From positions 8,062 through 72,061 of the forward strand of contig CAZIVC010000004.1 in assembly GCA_964542945.1 (NCBI GenBank): 64,000 nucleotides of DNA. Direction: 5' to 3'. Shown here in pieces: positions 7,355 to 19,600 of this stretch. The DNA is from an uncultured Gammaproteobacteria bacterium. GTDB taxonomy: Bacteria; Patescibacteriota; Patescibacteriia; 2-12-FULL-60-25. The notes beneath the pieces were generated by a model that saw only the letters and a list, made by a program, of their open reading frames with translations, was not told the DNA's origin and did not search any database. Each line of letters starts with the position of its first letter. Positions within the stretch are counted from its first letter, which is position 1. Position numbers and translations under genes: made by a program.

Positions 7355-9208
7355 TTAGCCGGGGTTATTGAGGCCTGTCTCGTCCGGCAAAGACCCAGCA
7401 GGAAGCGGAGCGGTGGTCTTGGCGACGCCGACTAAACAAACGGCTTGCCACGGTCGATAATGGCTGGTAAATGTCACTTTCTTTTCTTCGCCATTTGCAT
7501 ATGTGACGCTGTAGTCAAATGATGCCGTCGCTCCAGCATGTTCTTTTTCGGTACACTTCTTTTCTCCTGGCTTGAGCTCGGTCGTTTCGATGAGCTTCAT
7601 GGGGGGTGGAGCCACGATGTTTGTCACCTTGGGTGTTGTTTTTACGACGTTTCGGCCATCTTTTGTTCCCCAAAAGTGAAACGTGACGTCGTTTGCTCTT
7701 AGGTCTTTCGTGATCAGAATCCAGTTCTCTGTATCGTTTTTAAACTTAAAGTCTGGCGCCGGATCGTAGATGGTGGCGTCTGTGCCCGCCGGTTCATAGT
7801 AGCTCACCCGATAGCTGTGGTTCTGACGGGCGGTGATCGGCATTCCAATATTGGTGGAGCCGCGAAACACGGTTGTCCCAATTTGGCAAAGACCGCCACC
7901 GAATTCGGGGGTCGTTTTATTGCCTTTGATGACAAGCTCCGGCAACCAGCCATGTTCACCATCGATCTCACCAAGTGTTTTTAGGAGGGAAAATTCTTCT
8001 CCGGGAGCGACAAGAGAGCCGTGCACTTTTTCCGCGCCGAGGGCGATATTCTTGCGTCGATTGGTTGGGGATCCGGCAAAGTTAGAGGTACCGTTTCCAA
8101 GCCAATCACGCAGTCCGTATTTTTCGGCGTCGGGACCTTCGATGCGTCCCGGCAGGTTTTCGTAGGCGCCTCGGAAGGTTGAAGAACCGGCTTGGTCAAG
8201 AAGAGCTTGAAACGCCACGAGTGTTTTTTCGATGTTGAGTCCGTAGCCGTCAATGGGTGCTGTAAAGGCTACGAGTTTATTGTCTTGAATCGAGAGAGTG
8301 CCGGGTTTTGCGTCGATACGCATGTCAGCCGTAAGACTATTTAGCGATGTAGCAGCGCGCTCGCGATCAATAGAAGCGCTGGCTCCGGCGGTATCGGGTT
8401 GCACGGTAATCCAAGAAGCGATGACGGCCGGAGGAATGGTTATCGGCTTTTTTCCACCGGTGAGCGTAACGGGGCCGCGGGATAGCCACTCCCGAATCGT
8501 TGGAAGCGCGGGCTCTAGGTCGGCGGATGTGATGGTGGGCTCTGTGTCTTTAGTAAAGGGAAGTGTAATGGTTACATGTTGACCAGCCATCGCTTGTGGA
8601 AGAGCCTTTTTTGCATCAGAGATCGCTCGATCACGTGCCACGCGAACACCGATATGCTCTGGAAGGATGGTGACGCTCGAAGAGGCGCCTTCAAAGGAAA
8701 ACTGCAATTCTGCGGGCTTGGATGGCTCCTCGAATGGTCGAGCGGCATCTTCGATGGCTTGTTCAAGAGCTTCTTCGTTGAGGTGGGTTTGCAGGGTGGC
8801 GAGGTCTGTTGTTCCGATGCGTAACGCGAATGGCGCGTAAAACCATGGGCTAAGCGGGTTCTTACCAAAACGTACCGCCTGTTCATATGTCATTTGCGTT
8901 CCAGCGGTGAGGTAGCTTGTTGGTAAACGGAGCGTCTTATCGCCGACGCGCCACTCAATGCGGCGCATAATATCATCAGCGTTTTGAGAGGCGATCTGTG
9001 CGATGTGTGTGTCAAACGTGACTTGGTCGGCACCGCCAATTGTTTGTCCTGCGAGTTTTATTCCCGGAAAAATCTGATCGGCATAGACGGCGTGGTACGC
9101 AGCCGTCAAAAAAACATAGCCAAAAACACAGGCGAGAAGGATAGCGCTAAATCGACGAAGAGAAGGAGGGAGCGAAGGTGTTGTCATGCTACGAAGAAAG
9201 AAGTTCAT
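7355..9208 (-). CDS. VanW-domain protein with N-terminal membrane anchor
   Basis: VanW signature EFGGGLCQIGTTVFRGS ... SYYEPAGTDATIYDPAPDFKFKND near the C-terminus and an N-terminal TM helix (FSAILLACVFGYVFLTAAY). The start may instead be ATG 9187, which lies 1 nt after the stop of the upstream small ORF. Confidence 0.85.
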   Translation of the reverse strand: MNFFLRSMTTPSLPPSLRRFSAILLACVFGYVFLTAAYHAVYADQIFPGIKLAGQTIGGADQVTFDTHIAQIASQNADDIMRRIEWRVGDKTLRLPTSYLTAGTQMTYEQAVRFGKNPLSPWFYAPFALRIGTTDLATLQTHLNEEALEQAIEDAARPFEEPSKPAELQFSFEGASSSVTILPEHIGVRVARDRAISDAKKALPQAMAGQHVTITLPFTKDTEPTITSADLEPALPTIREWLSRGPVTLTGGKKPITIPPAVIASWITVQPDTAGASASIDRERAATSLNSLTADMRIDAKPGTLSIQDNKLVAFTAPIDGYGLNIEKTLVAFQALLDQAGSSTFRGAYENLPGRIEGPDAEKYGLRDWLGNGTSNFAGSPTNRRKNIALGAEKVHGSLVAPGEEFSLLKTLGEIDGEHGWLPELVIKGNKTTPEFGGGLCQIGTTVFRGSTNIGMPITARQNHSYRVSYYEPAGTDATIYDPAPDFKFKNDTENWILITKDLRANDVTFHFWGTKDGRNVVKTTPKVTNIVAPPPMKLIETTELKPGEKKCTEKEHAGATASFDYSVTYANGEEKKVTFTSHYRPWQAVCLVGVAKTTAPLPAGSLPDETGLNNPG

Positions 9209-9383
9209 TCAAAAGATCGGCCTCTGGGGGCGAGTCTTTAACGATCAGCCAAAGCGCGTCTGTGGAAGGCGGAGGAGTCGCTGTACTCACTGGAAGCGGG
9301 ATCACGAAGGTGTTTCCTTCGATGTGAAGAGTGAGCTCGTTATTTGTTGATGCCAAAAGACGGCACGGAAGCACGTATTCCAT
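9189..9383 (-). CDS. small hypothetical protein (64 aa)
   Basis: Its TAG stop (9189-9191) is 1 nt from the alternative VanW start at 9187, a translational-coupling geometry. No SD and no recognisable motif. Confidence 0.3.
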   Translation of the reverse strand: MEYVLPCRLLASTNNELTLHIEGNTFVIPLPVSTATPPPSTDALWLIVKDSPPEADLLNELLSS

Positions 9384-9414
9384 GCGCGTAGGTTAGCACG
9401 ATTCGAAGGTGGTT

Positions 9415-9816
9415 TCAATGTGTGCGCACGGGTATTTTACGATGTGCGGTTCGAATAGGAAGCCTAATCTCTAAGACGCCGTTAACATAGCTTGCTTGGG
9501 CACGTTCGCTTTCTACGTCTTCTGGAAGGAGAATGGTTCGGCTAAAGCTCCCCCAATAGCACTCACGATGCATCCAGTCGTGCTCTTCAATGGATCGCTT
9601 GTGTGAACGTTGGCCACGGATCGTGAGCAAATCGTGATGAACGTGAATATCAAGGTCGTTGGGTTTCGCTCCAGCAACGGGCGCACGCACGATAAGATCT
9701 GACCCATCGCGAAAAACATCGACGGCAAGCTCACCTTCTTCGGTCGGAAGAAACGATAAATCACTTGCCTCCAAGGGAGCGTCTGTTTTTGTAAAGGAGA
9801 GGGCGATGTCTGGCAT
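9415..9816 (-). CDS. Hsp20/alpha-crystallin family small heat-shock protein
   Basis: Alpha-crystallin domain (LAVDVFRDGSDLIVRAPVAGAKPNDLDIHVHHDLLTIRGQR ... GSFSRTILLPEDVESERAQASYVNGVLEIRLP). The ORF track starts at 9870. I prefer ATG 9816 (MPDIAL...) because an extended -10 box lies inside the longer ORF. Confidence 0.85.
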   Translation of the reverse strand: MPDIALSFTKTDAPLEASDLSFLPTEEGELAVDVFRDGSDLIVRAPVAGAKPNDLDIHVHHDLLTIRGQRSHKRSIEEHDWMHRECYWGSFSRTILLPEDVESERAQASYVNGVLEIRLPIRTAHRKIPVRTH

Positions 9817-9829
9817 AGCGTTATCATGC

Positions 9830-9838
9830 ATTATAGCA
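9830..9838 (-). promoter_or_regulatory. extended -10 box TGCTATAAT upstream of hsp20
   Basis: Reverse complement of 9830-9838 is TGCTATAAT, a perfect TATAAT with a TGn extension. It ends 13 nt before ATG 9816. Confidence 0.4.
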
Positions 9839-9904
9839 GAGTTGCAGACAGGGATAAAAAGACGTTGCATGGTTTGTGTGATACACTTCGCTTATTCCTA
9901 TTAT

Positions 9905-10612
9905 ATGCGAGCCGGTCCTTTTAAAGAACGATTTCGAGCATGGTGGAATGAGCTTTATCCTGAACAACGAAGCTCGCTCCTCGTGATTGGCCCCTTGGGG
10001 GTCTTGGCATTGTTTTTATCCATATGGCAGCTGCAGTCGCATCTCACTTTTCCTTTTCGGGTGTCACGCGAAACTCTTGCCGTTGCAAATAAATTGGCGC
10101 CAAAGAATACACCCGAACCTGTCACCCAAGATACTGACGGTGATGGCTTGTATGATCGTGACGAAATGGAACGCTATTTTACATCGCCTTATCTGGACGA
10201 TACGGATTCAGACGGAATCTTGGATGGCGAAGAGGTTCGACTTAATAAAAACCCGAACTGCCCGGAAGGAAAAACGTGCGGCTATGGAGGGGGTGAGGGG
10301 GAGATTGTTGAATCAACGAGTACCCTTCGTGTTTCGAGCGGAGCGAATACGGCGGCGCTTCTACCGGATGGTCAACTCACGACCCCTCCCTTGCCAGAAG
10401 AGGCGAACGGGGAACAGATTCGTCGATACCTGTTACAGAACGGACTTATTTCTACAAGTCTTTTATCTTCGCTCGACGAAGCGGGTGTGCTAGAATTATA
10501 TCGTCGTTTATATCCAGAGATTCAGGGGGTGACGCGTTTGCAATCCTCGCCTGTAACGAGTACGCCGCCAACATCATTTACGACTTCAACCGCTTCATCT
10601 CCTCAACCATAG
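9905..10612 (+). CDS. membrane protein with thrombospondin type-3-like Ca-binding repeats and Ser/Thr/Pro tail
   Basis: ATG 9905 (MRAGPFKERF...) is in frame within ORF 9659-10612. The upstream part of that ORF overlaps hsp20 antisense. One TM helix (SSLLVIGPLGVLALFLSIW). Repeats DTDGDGLYDRDE and DDTDSDGILDGEE. It ends 15 nt before the giant gene. Confidence 0.7.
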   Translation: MRAGPFKERFRAWWNELYPEQRSSLLVIGPLGVLALFLSIWQLQSHLTFPFRVSRETLAVANKLAPKNTPEPVTQDTDGDGLYDRDEMERYFTSPYLDDTDSDGILDGEEVRLNKNPNCPEGKTCGYGGGEGEIVESTSTLRVSSGANTAALLPDGQLTTPPLPEEANGEQIRRYLLQNGLISTSLLSSLDEAGVLELYRRLYPEIQGVTRLQSSPVTSTPPTSFTTSTASSPQP

Positions 10613-10627
10613 CCCTGCGCTCACTGT

Positions 10628-13600
10628 ATGGTTTCGCTCTCTCATCGCCCGTTCTTTCGTCGGTTTTTCGCCGCCCTGTTTTTGCTCGTAATGGTCTTTG
10701 CGCTCGTTCCTCGAACGAGTTTTGCCTTTTCTGCGGATGGGCCAACGATTCTCGATCGTGTTCCTGCTGCTGGGTATCCAACCATGGATGTTGGGCAAAA
10801 GGTTGATGCTGCTTATCAAAACATTCGTTACGAATTACTGGGCGCGGGTACGATAGCCCTCATGAACGCGGCGCAGGTGTTTTTTGGTCAATTAGCCTAC
10901 GATTTTGCAAACTACTTAGCATCGGGAGGCAAGGGGCAGGGCGCATTGTTTTATAAAAAGGGTTTCGATGGATATTTAAAAGATGTTTCTGGGTCGGCAT
11001 TGGGTGAGTTTATAGGCTCTCTGTCGCAAGGAGAGGGGTTAGCCGGGTCGAATAACTTTTTTCGTGGACTGGGCCTCGACTTGTGCGCTCCGAATCCGAG
11101 TTCGCTTCTTCGTATCCAGCTTTCGCTTGGGGGGATGTTTCCAAATCCCGGTCAGGGGCGATTTCAGCGCCCTCGTCCCCGTTGTGAATTCAATGACATT
11201 GTTCAGAATTATGATCGTTTGTACACGAGCATGTCGAACGGTGATGTTTTGAAGAACTTGGAAGCGAACTTAAACACAAACGCAAACGACCTCGGAGTCG
11301 CGTTTTCCATTTTCGGTCGATCAGAAGAATTCATGCTCAACCGCCGAAATGCGGCGCAGCAAGATCGTCAGGAAGGGGGTGGGTTTTTGGGTATTTCCAG
11401 CATTATCTCAGGAAACGTTCGTACGCCAGCGGAAACAATTCGAGAGCAAACCAATAATCAACTCGTTCGAGCTCCTCAGCAACAACAGCTGGCCATGACC
11501 ACCTCGCTTTTAGAAAACGCGTGGAATCTTGGTCCGATTCGTTTAGCGACCTACACCGCTTCTATTTTTCTTAATACGCTTACAAATCGATTGTTGCAGC
11601 GTGTGATGGAAGATGGAATTGGGGTATTTGACTTTTTGTTCCAAAATGGTGGAGGGAACGTTAGTGACCCTGATGATATTGCGGAAGGCGATAAGAAAGA
11701 TGTTCGTCAAGCAAATATCGGGATTCGTACGCCAATGCTATTTAAAAATGAAGCGTACGATGTATTGAGCGAGATGCAGGCCTGCCCGCCAGAAAATCGT
11801 GGTACGTGGAACTGTACTCTCGATGAAGGTCTCTCGCTCGCTGTGCGTATTAAGGACGGATTGGGAGGAGTGACGATTTTGGACGCTCTCGAGCGTGGCT
11901 ATCTCCATCAAGATTGGCCTTTGTTGCCCGCGTCTTCTTACGAAGATGAGCGCGACCCCTTGTGTTATTCTCGGGCGTACTGTACGGGGAACCTGCGTAA
12001 ATTACGAGCGATGCGCATTTTGCCGGTCGGCTTTGAATTTGCGGCAAATAGTCAAGAAAATATTGAGCGTTGCGCATCTACGCGAGGCTGTATCACGTTG
12101 GGTGATGTCGTGAAAGAGTTTCAAAATTGCAATGCTCAAGGCGAGCGCGACGGAGCCCATCCTTGGTGCAAGTTAATTGATCCAAACTGGGTCATCGCAC
12201 TTCCGCAGCAGCAATGTGCCTTAAATGGCTATGGCGAAACATTTCTCGCTGGCTCCATCCCGCAGCGTCGTCAGGAGTGTCAGGATATTCAAACCTGTTT
12301 GCAGCGCAATGATCGCGGTGAATGCGTGGGTGGATATGGGTATTGTGTCGCCGAAAAAACGGTTTATCGTTTCGGCGCGCAAGAATGTAAGCCGCGCAAT
12401 GCTTCTTGCCGAACCTATCAAAACCCGGCCGGAGAAACCGTTTCTTATCTTCGAAATACCCTCGATTACTCCGCCTGTACGCAAGACAATGTTGGTTGTC
12501 GCTGGTATGCGACGGAACGTTCCGTTTCGGGGGTGGCAGACGCATGGGAGGGAACGGTCACGGTTGGACCTCGCCAGTATATGGATAATTCTTTTCAAGA
12601 ATGTCCCGCCGATCAAGACGGTTGTACGAAGCTTCTCGAGGTAAAATCCGGCGTCGCAGGATTAAACATAATCGAAAACAGCTCCTTTGAACGGACGACG
12701 CAAAATGGAGCCCGGCTCACGGGTTGGCTACCTTACGCGGGAGGGAATGACGCGTTTGTTCCTCCGCGTGGGGAAGGTTCACTCAGCATTGACGGTCAGT
12801 CTTCTGCGTCATTTGCGGGTGGATTTAGCGGCGGCTACCTCCAAACGATCGCGCTTGAACCGAATCGAACCTATGTCGTTTCCGCGTTTGTTCGAGCTCA
12901 GGCGACAAACGGAGCACGTGTTACGGTCGGAGTCCGTCAGTTCGATAACGCTTCACCCGCCGATGGGAACGTTCTATCTGGTACGGATGTCGCTCGTGAT
13001 TTTGTGAGCCGCGAGTGTGTATACGACGCAGAATCGCGAGCTCTTGTTATTCGTGCAGGAACAAACTTGGATGGCCAGGGAACGAATTGGAAGCGAATAG
13101 AATGCGCATTTACCACGAATGCTCAGACGCATTCAGGTCAACTTGTCATCACGAATGGTCGCGATGCGCTCGTAGACGCGGTCCAGATAGAGGAGGGTTC
13201 GACGGCAGGAACATGGATCGATGGAGCGAATACGTCGCTCGCGGCTGTTCATCTCAAGCTTCCGCCGACCGAGTTGCGTTGTACGGGAGCGGCAAACGAT
13301 CCTGCGATTTGTGGTCAGTATGCAAAAGTGTGTCGTCAGACAGAGGCGGGATGTGATGGGTTCACTGATAAATCTGGTATTTTTCCAGAAGTCGCTGCTC
13401 AGATGACAGCGGGCGACGCTTGTCCAAGCGCATGTGTTGGATATGCGGAGTTTCGTAAGCTGCCATCATCATTTGACTTAGTACGTAACGCGATCGCCGA
13501 TGTAAATGATCCCGAAGATGCCACGTCAACGTACTTTATTCCTGCGACGGCAGAAGCATGCTCCGAAGAGAATGTAGGCTGTGAGGCGTTCACCGCTCTT

Positions 13601-16600
13601 TCGGCAAGTTCGAGCGAGCAGGTGAGCTACTTTAAGGCGGTTCGCTATTGTGAGCAGCCGGGAAACGACACGGAGACGTATTTCACATGGGAAGGATCTG
13701 AATCCACGGGGTACCAATTGCGTACCTGGAGCTTAAAGAAGCGCACACCGGAAAAACCAGGAGTCACCCCACCAGAAGGGGCGGAGGTGGGCACGAGTGC
13801 TGGTCCTCGGGTTGTGATTACAGGTTCTTCGGACTTGTCGGCGCAACGCGATCCTTTAGCGTGTAACGAAAGCGCTTGGCGTGCACAGACGGATGCAGAT
13901 TGCCGTCAATTCTACGATTCAACAGGTGTTGTTTACTACCGTTTTTATTCGCAAACCGTGATCTCGTCAGACGCGTGTCAGGCGTACCGTATTGCTCGGT
14001 CAAATAATGCAGACTGTACGAAAACGGGCGGTAGCTGGAATGCGCAGACGGCTAGTTGTACCTATAACGTATTAGCCTCAGAAAGCCGAACATGCTCTCA
14101 AGAGTTCGCCGGATGTCGTGCGTATGCTGGGGCTGAAGCGGGAAATATTCAAACGACACTGAACGCGTCATTTCGCTCGAATCAGGAAAGTGGGTTCACG
14201 GGTGGTCGTATTTCAACGGAAGCGCTTTCTGTAAACGATGGGTCGTATCGTGTTGATGTCGCAGCGCGCTCAACGGGATCCGTCGGTGTTTCTCCAACGG
14301 GTGATGCGAACGGTCTTTACCGTGTGAATTTCTGGGCGAAGGCGTCCGCACCAACGGCGGTCACCTTTCGTCGTGGAGCGGCAGATGGTGACGTGATTGC
14401 CACAGCAGCGCTCACGACAGATTGGCGTCAGTACACCTTTGGCTTGTTTAAGGGCGAGGCAGGGCAGATGCGTTTGTCTTGGAATTTTGCCGCAGATCAG
14501 GTCGGAAGCGCCGTGTTCATCGATGAGGTGCTCATTCAGAAAATGCAAGACGTGGTATATGTGAAACAAGGAACGTGGAATACGCCGGCTGTATGCGATC
14601 AAAATGCTTATAGCGTGCCAGAACCGCAGGCGATGTTGGGTTGTCGCTTGTATCGTAAGCGAAGCGGTGAAGAGGTGGCTGTTCGTCAATTTACGCGCCT
14701 TTGTCGTCAGGATGTAATCGGCTGTAAGGCGTTTATTGATACGCGTAATTCTGATTCAGCGTACAAACAAACGTTTGTTGTGGGAACGGGCGCTGATACA
14801 GTAACGACGACCCGTCGCGCCGACCACGTTGTCTACGTCATCGACGAACCGGGTAAGCGATGTAAATCTGAAAACGCGAGTTGTCGCGCCTTTGGAAAAC
14901 CGGTGTTTTCGGCAGATCATGCCACGATTCAGCGCTTTGAGACGGTTTACTTTAAGGATGATATCAATGTCTATCCGCAAGGGCTGTGTCGAGCTTCGGA
15001 GCTGTTTTGCCAAGAATTTGCAGCCAGCGCAGGAAAAGAATACTTCAAAGATCCGGAAGGAAAGACCTGTGAATATCGTGAAAATGTGACAGTCTCTGGA
15101 GTAATAGGCGTTTCTGGTGGTCAGTATTCTGGCTGGTTTCAGACCGACACGTCCATTCCGTGTTATCCAAACGCGCTTACATCAGGATCAAGTTTTAGCA
15201 TTCTTCGCACAGGCGACGCGTTGCCGGCTCCTGGATATAGTGGCTGGGTGGGATCGTGTGAAGAGCAAGAGGCGGAGTGTACGGAATTTCGTGATCCGAA
15301 TGATCGAAGCAGTGATTTTACGACGGGCAGATCATACTTCTTCCTGAGGAATAATCAGATTGATACAACATCGTGCGCGGGAACGGTTGATCCATCGAAG
15401 GGGTGTGTGCTGCTTCGTGACATGTCGAGTGCTCAGCCGCTTTACAACACCAATGCATCCTATGCGGCGTTTCAGGCAAACCGATTGAACCCAGTCCAGC
15501 CGGTGAATTGCCAAACGGATCCAACAAACCAACACTGTCGGCAAGGAGCCATTGTTGGGCGTTGTCAGATTGAGACGCGAACGCTACGTCGCCGTGTTGA
15601 ACGTGTAGGAACCGACTTTGTTAACGATGTTCCAACGCGATTTATCGATCAAATTGTGGAGACGTCGCAGACGGCTACAACGACGGGTGGAGTATGTACA
15701 TTCGACCGAGATTGTGAAGCTCCTGTTTCGTCGGTTGGTCCAGATGTGGTGTATGTCGATAGAAACGGACGTAACGTGCTCACACCGTCGTTCGAGAGTC
15801 GATCGGTGGCGTCCTGCATTCCCGGAGAAGTGAACGATGCCAACATCATCGCGAAGGTCACTCTTGATCGTGACTGTGCTCAGTGGCTTGGGTGTTCGAG
15901 TGGCGAAACGGTCTTTGATCCTGCCACGGGTCGTTACCGGGAGATTTGCACCAACACGGCCATGTGTGATCGCTTGGGAGCTAATGGCGGAGAGCAGTTC
16001 TGCGCAAACTATGTATCGCGCTCAACAACGACAACGGAGCCGGTATTAACAAAGGGGGCTTACTTTGATGCGTCTCGGTACGCGTCGCGACAAGTTGGTT
16101 TGGGCCGCAAAGATTATTCTGGGTTCGCCGTTCCAGGCGCCTTTCAGGTGGCTGATCTTCGAAATGCCAAGATGGCAGACTTAATTGGAAGCGCCGATAC
16201 GGGCCTTGGGAAAGAAGCCCGCATGGTGGTAGCCGTACGCATGCCTCCTGTGCGCCGGACCCGTGGTTCCGTGAACCAGTTCGAACAGGTCATTCGAACA
16301 ACGCAACCAAACGAAGCAATGGTGCTTGCAAATGATGATCCGCTGCGTGCCGCGTTTCCCGGGTATCGCTTATGTCGTCATGTGGGTACCGGCAGAATAG
16401 GATTCTTTTCTCCGGTCGAAGCGCAGAACTCTGACACCACGGGCCAGTCGTTAAATTGTTACTTGTCATTTCGCGGAGCGTCCGAAGCATATGACTTTCA
16501 GCGCTTGGCACAAGCGGAGAGTCGAGAGGGTGGCGTTGGTCAAAACGACATTCTTGATCAAGCATTCCCAGGGGCGATCTGCCGCGCCTATCCAGAGCCG

Positions 16601-19600
16601 AACTCTCCTTATGCTAAAGAGACGGTTCTTAAATGGGATATGTCAAAGAACCCGATCGCTCCCGAACAGAAGGCGACCGGCTATGAACGCGTGAACACCT
16701 GTGAGTATGGGGAAGACTGCTTGTGTACATACAAACGAGCCACCTTTGAGACGGCAACGAAATTCTATGGACCGAATTCTCAAGCGATTCCGACAGGGCT
16801 GTGTGTGGGGGGTCCTCGTGCCGGACAGGCCTGTTTACCGGGTGAGATCTTTAGTATTAACGCGGCAACGGCTTCTACCACCAACGAACGAGCTGCGAGA
16901 GTCACGGAGGGGGCCAACCTGGCTCAGTCCTGTGGTCCAGTAGAGGCGGGTGGTCGCTGTGTGGCCGCGTCAGACATCTCCATTGTGCGCGGTATTTACG
17001 GAAACTGTCTTGAACCGGATACGACACGGGCTCGAGGCGCCCTCGGCCAAGAGTCTTATCCGTGCCTCACCTGGAACCCAACACCGGTCATGTTTGGAGA
17101 TAAGGATCCGTATCACTACGTTCCAACGGCAGGGTACTTCCCGCCGCAAAATGCGGGCCAGTACTACTGCGTTTCGCCGGCACGAGGAGCGAAAAATCTC
17201 TATCTCGACGCCAGTGTCTTCCCGATACTTCCAACAGGCATGACGGCGATGAGCTACTCTGACTGGACGGTATCCGATGGAAGTGCTGCGGCCACGACGG
17301 GAGATGATGCGGGGGCCTATTTCTACGGCATGAAGCCAGAAGGTAGTAACGCGGCAAAACAGTGTGAAGACGCGGATGATATTCAGGATGACGACTTGTA
17401 TAACAATGACCGAGATTCTATTGGTTTGCGTCTTATTCAGACGGGCCGGACCACGGATAGTAGCTACACCGAAACCTTCTACGGCGTTGATGCGACGAAG
17501 TTCGCGAACTGGCTCTATGGGGCAACAACGGATCGTGCAAAGGCTAAAGCAACACAGGACTACAACTTTAGCTATTTCGAGTTTCAGCCAATCAAGAACC
17601 GTAATGGCAAAGGTCGCTTAGCTTGTGCCTATCAAGAAGATTGGGTTGAGGGTGTTCGGGTAGACGACTATGCGGATGAGGATAAAATTATTGCGGCAGA
17701 TCGTCAGTGGCAGCAGAACTTCTCAAGCGAGCCAGATCGTCAGCCGTACCTCACACGTGGAAGCGAGTCGATGCTTGTTGACGCAACCGGTAAGCCCATG
17801 GCTCTTTCGTGTGAGACAAGTGGCTTGGGAACGAATGAGTTTGCCCCGGGCACATCTTGTTACTTCAAGTATTGGGAAGGAGGGTATCGCGCCTCGGGCA
17901 AAGAGGCGTTCGTTGGATTCAATCCACGCGAAGGAGGCTATCGTTCTTTTAAGGACATGGTGGTTACGCCTTACATGAAAGAATGTTCGGCGGATCGTCC
18001 TTACTACTCCATTCGGGCAGTCTTTCAGACGTCAGCAGACCGATCGGTGCAGAACTTTCCGGTGTCAGACGCGAGCGCGGCTCGTATCTCGGCGATTCGT
18101 GGTCCTTGGCGCTTTATCGGCTTCTGGGTGTCGGCGTGTGCCGGAAAGTCAACGAATGACAACCGTTTTATCTACACAACGATTCGTGTTCAAAACGCGG
18201 ACGTGTGTAAGGAGCTTGCAGAAGTTCGTTCAATCGCCTCAAACCAAGACGCGGCCTTTACGGATCGTGTGTGGAAAGATGGTAAGTATGTCGTTCCGGA
18301 TTTGAACATCGAGTACAACCAAACATTCGCACCGTTCTCGAGCGCCCTGAACACGGGGCCGGCAGGGCAAGATCCTCTCTACCAGGTGGGAGGTCGTTTA
18401 GCGGGTTTCTCGCCACTCAGGCCGCCGGTCTTCTTGGGGGCGGGGTATTCGACCTACTTCTCAGCCGCGCGAGAAGCGCCGGTTCGATCCTACGCCTATC
18501 TCACCAACCTCTTTGCTCGTATCTATCGTATTTACCGATACAACGAGCAAAAGATCGATGTGCAGGACTATATTTGCTCAGGCGGTCCGAATAAGGGTCG
18601 AAAGTGCGTTCCGGGAAATCCTCCTCAGCCAAGCGGGCGAATTCTACCGGGACCAAGCGAAGATTGTCGCGTGACAGACATGGTGGAGTGTCGAACGAAT
18701 ATCACCGCGACAGAGCGACGCGGATTGCAGTCACAAAAAATCTGTAATGCGCTTTCTGGTGTGAATGCGGGTCGCTCGTGCATAGGCCGCATACCGGAAG
18801 CGCAAGAAAGTTGTCACTTGTACGCCTTGAATCCGCGTAATAGCCAGCCGTTGCGAACATCTTGCAACGTTGTAGAAGGCTGGACGCAGCGTGACGGTGG
18901 GTGGGTCTTTCGAGCAAGAGGCGGTATCGATGGTATTGCGGAGCCGGTTACTCAAGAAGAGGCCTACGGTATGGGGGCGTTTCGTTGCGCTCCGGGAGCG
19001 GTAAAAGATGGGAGTAGGGAGGACGCTCCAACGGTTGCCTGCAGCGCTCCAACAAACGGTGCGCCAAGTCGCGAATGTCCGCTCGAGGTACGTGGTGAAT
19101 GCCGCGGGGCGGGCACGCAAGAGATTTTGGGAATAAGCGTCACCGTGCCGGGAACGTGTTTCGGGACGTGGCAGGGTCAAACGACTCCCGTCGCCTTTCC
19201 GGATGCGGCGCCGTGCATGACGAATAACGACTGTTCGTTCAACCAAAACCACTTCTGGTTGCTACGTCCGTATTCGCCGCGACTCATTTCCCGACAGGAG
19301 GCTCTCATGGTTAATGGAAGCAACCGCATGTGTTACAACTTAATGGATCGGTTGGCGAATCCGTTTTCGGCGTACGAGCCCGGATCATCGGTTGGTAGCC
19401 CGGTTGTGCCTGGCGGTCACAGCTATAGTTATGCACAGCTGGGAAGTGATTGTGACTCTCTTCTAAATCCTTGTGCTGCTAGGTTAAGAGGCATGTGTCT
19501 TGAGTCACCAATTAATACGACTGGATGGAACACTCTCTTGCCGCGTATGGGGGGGAGTTCGGGGTACGTTGGTTATGACCCTTCCGCTCGTTTCCCGGGC

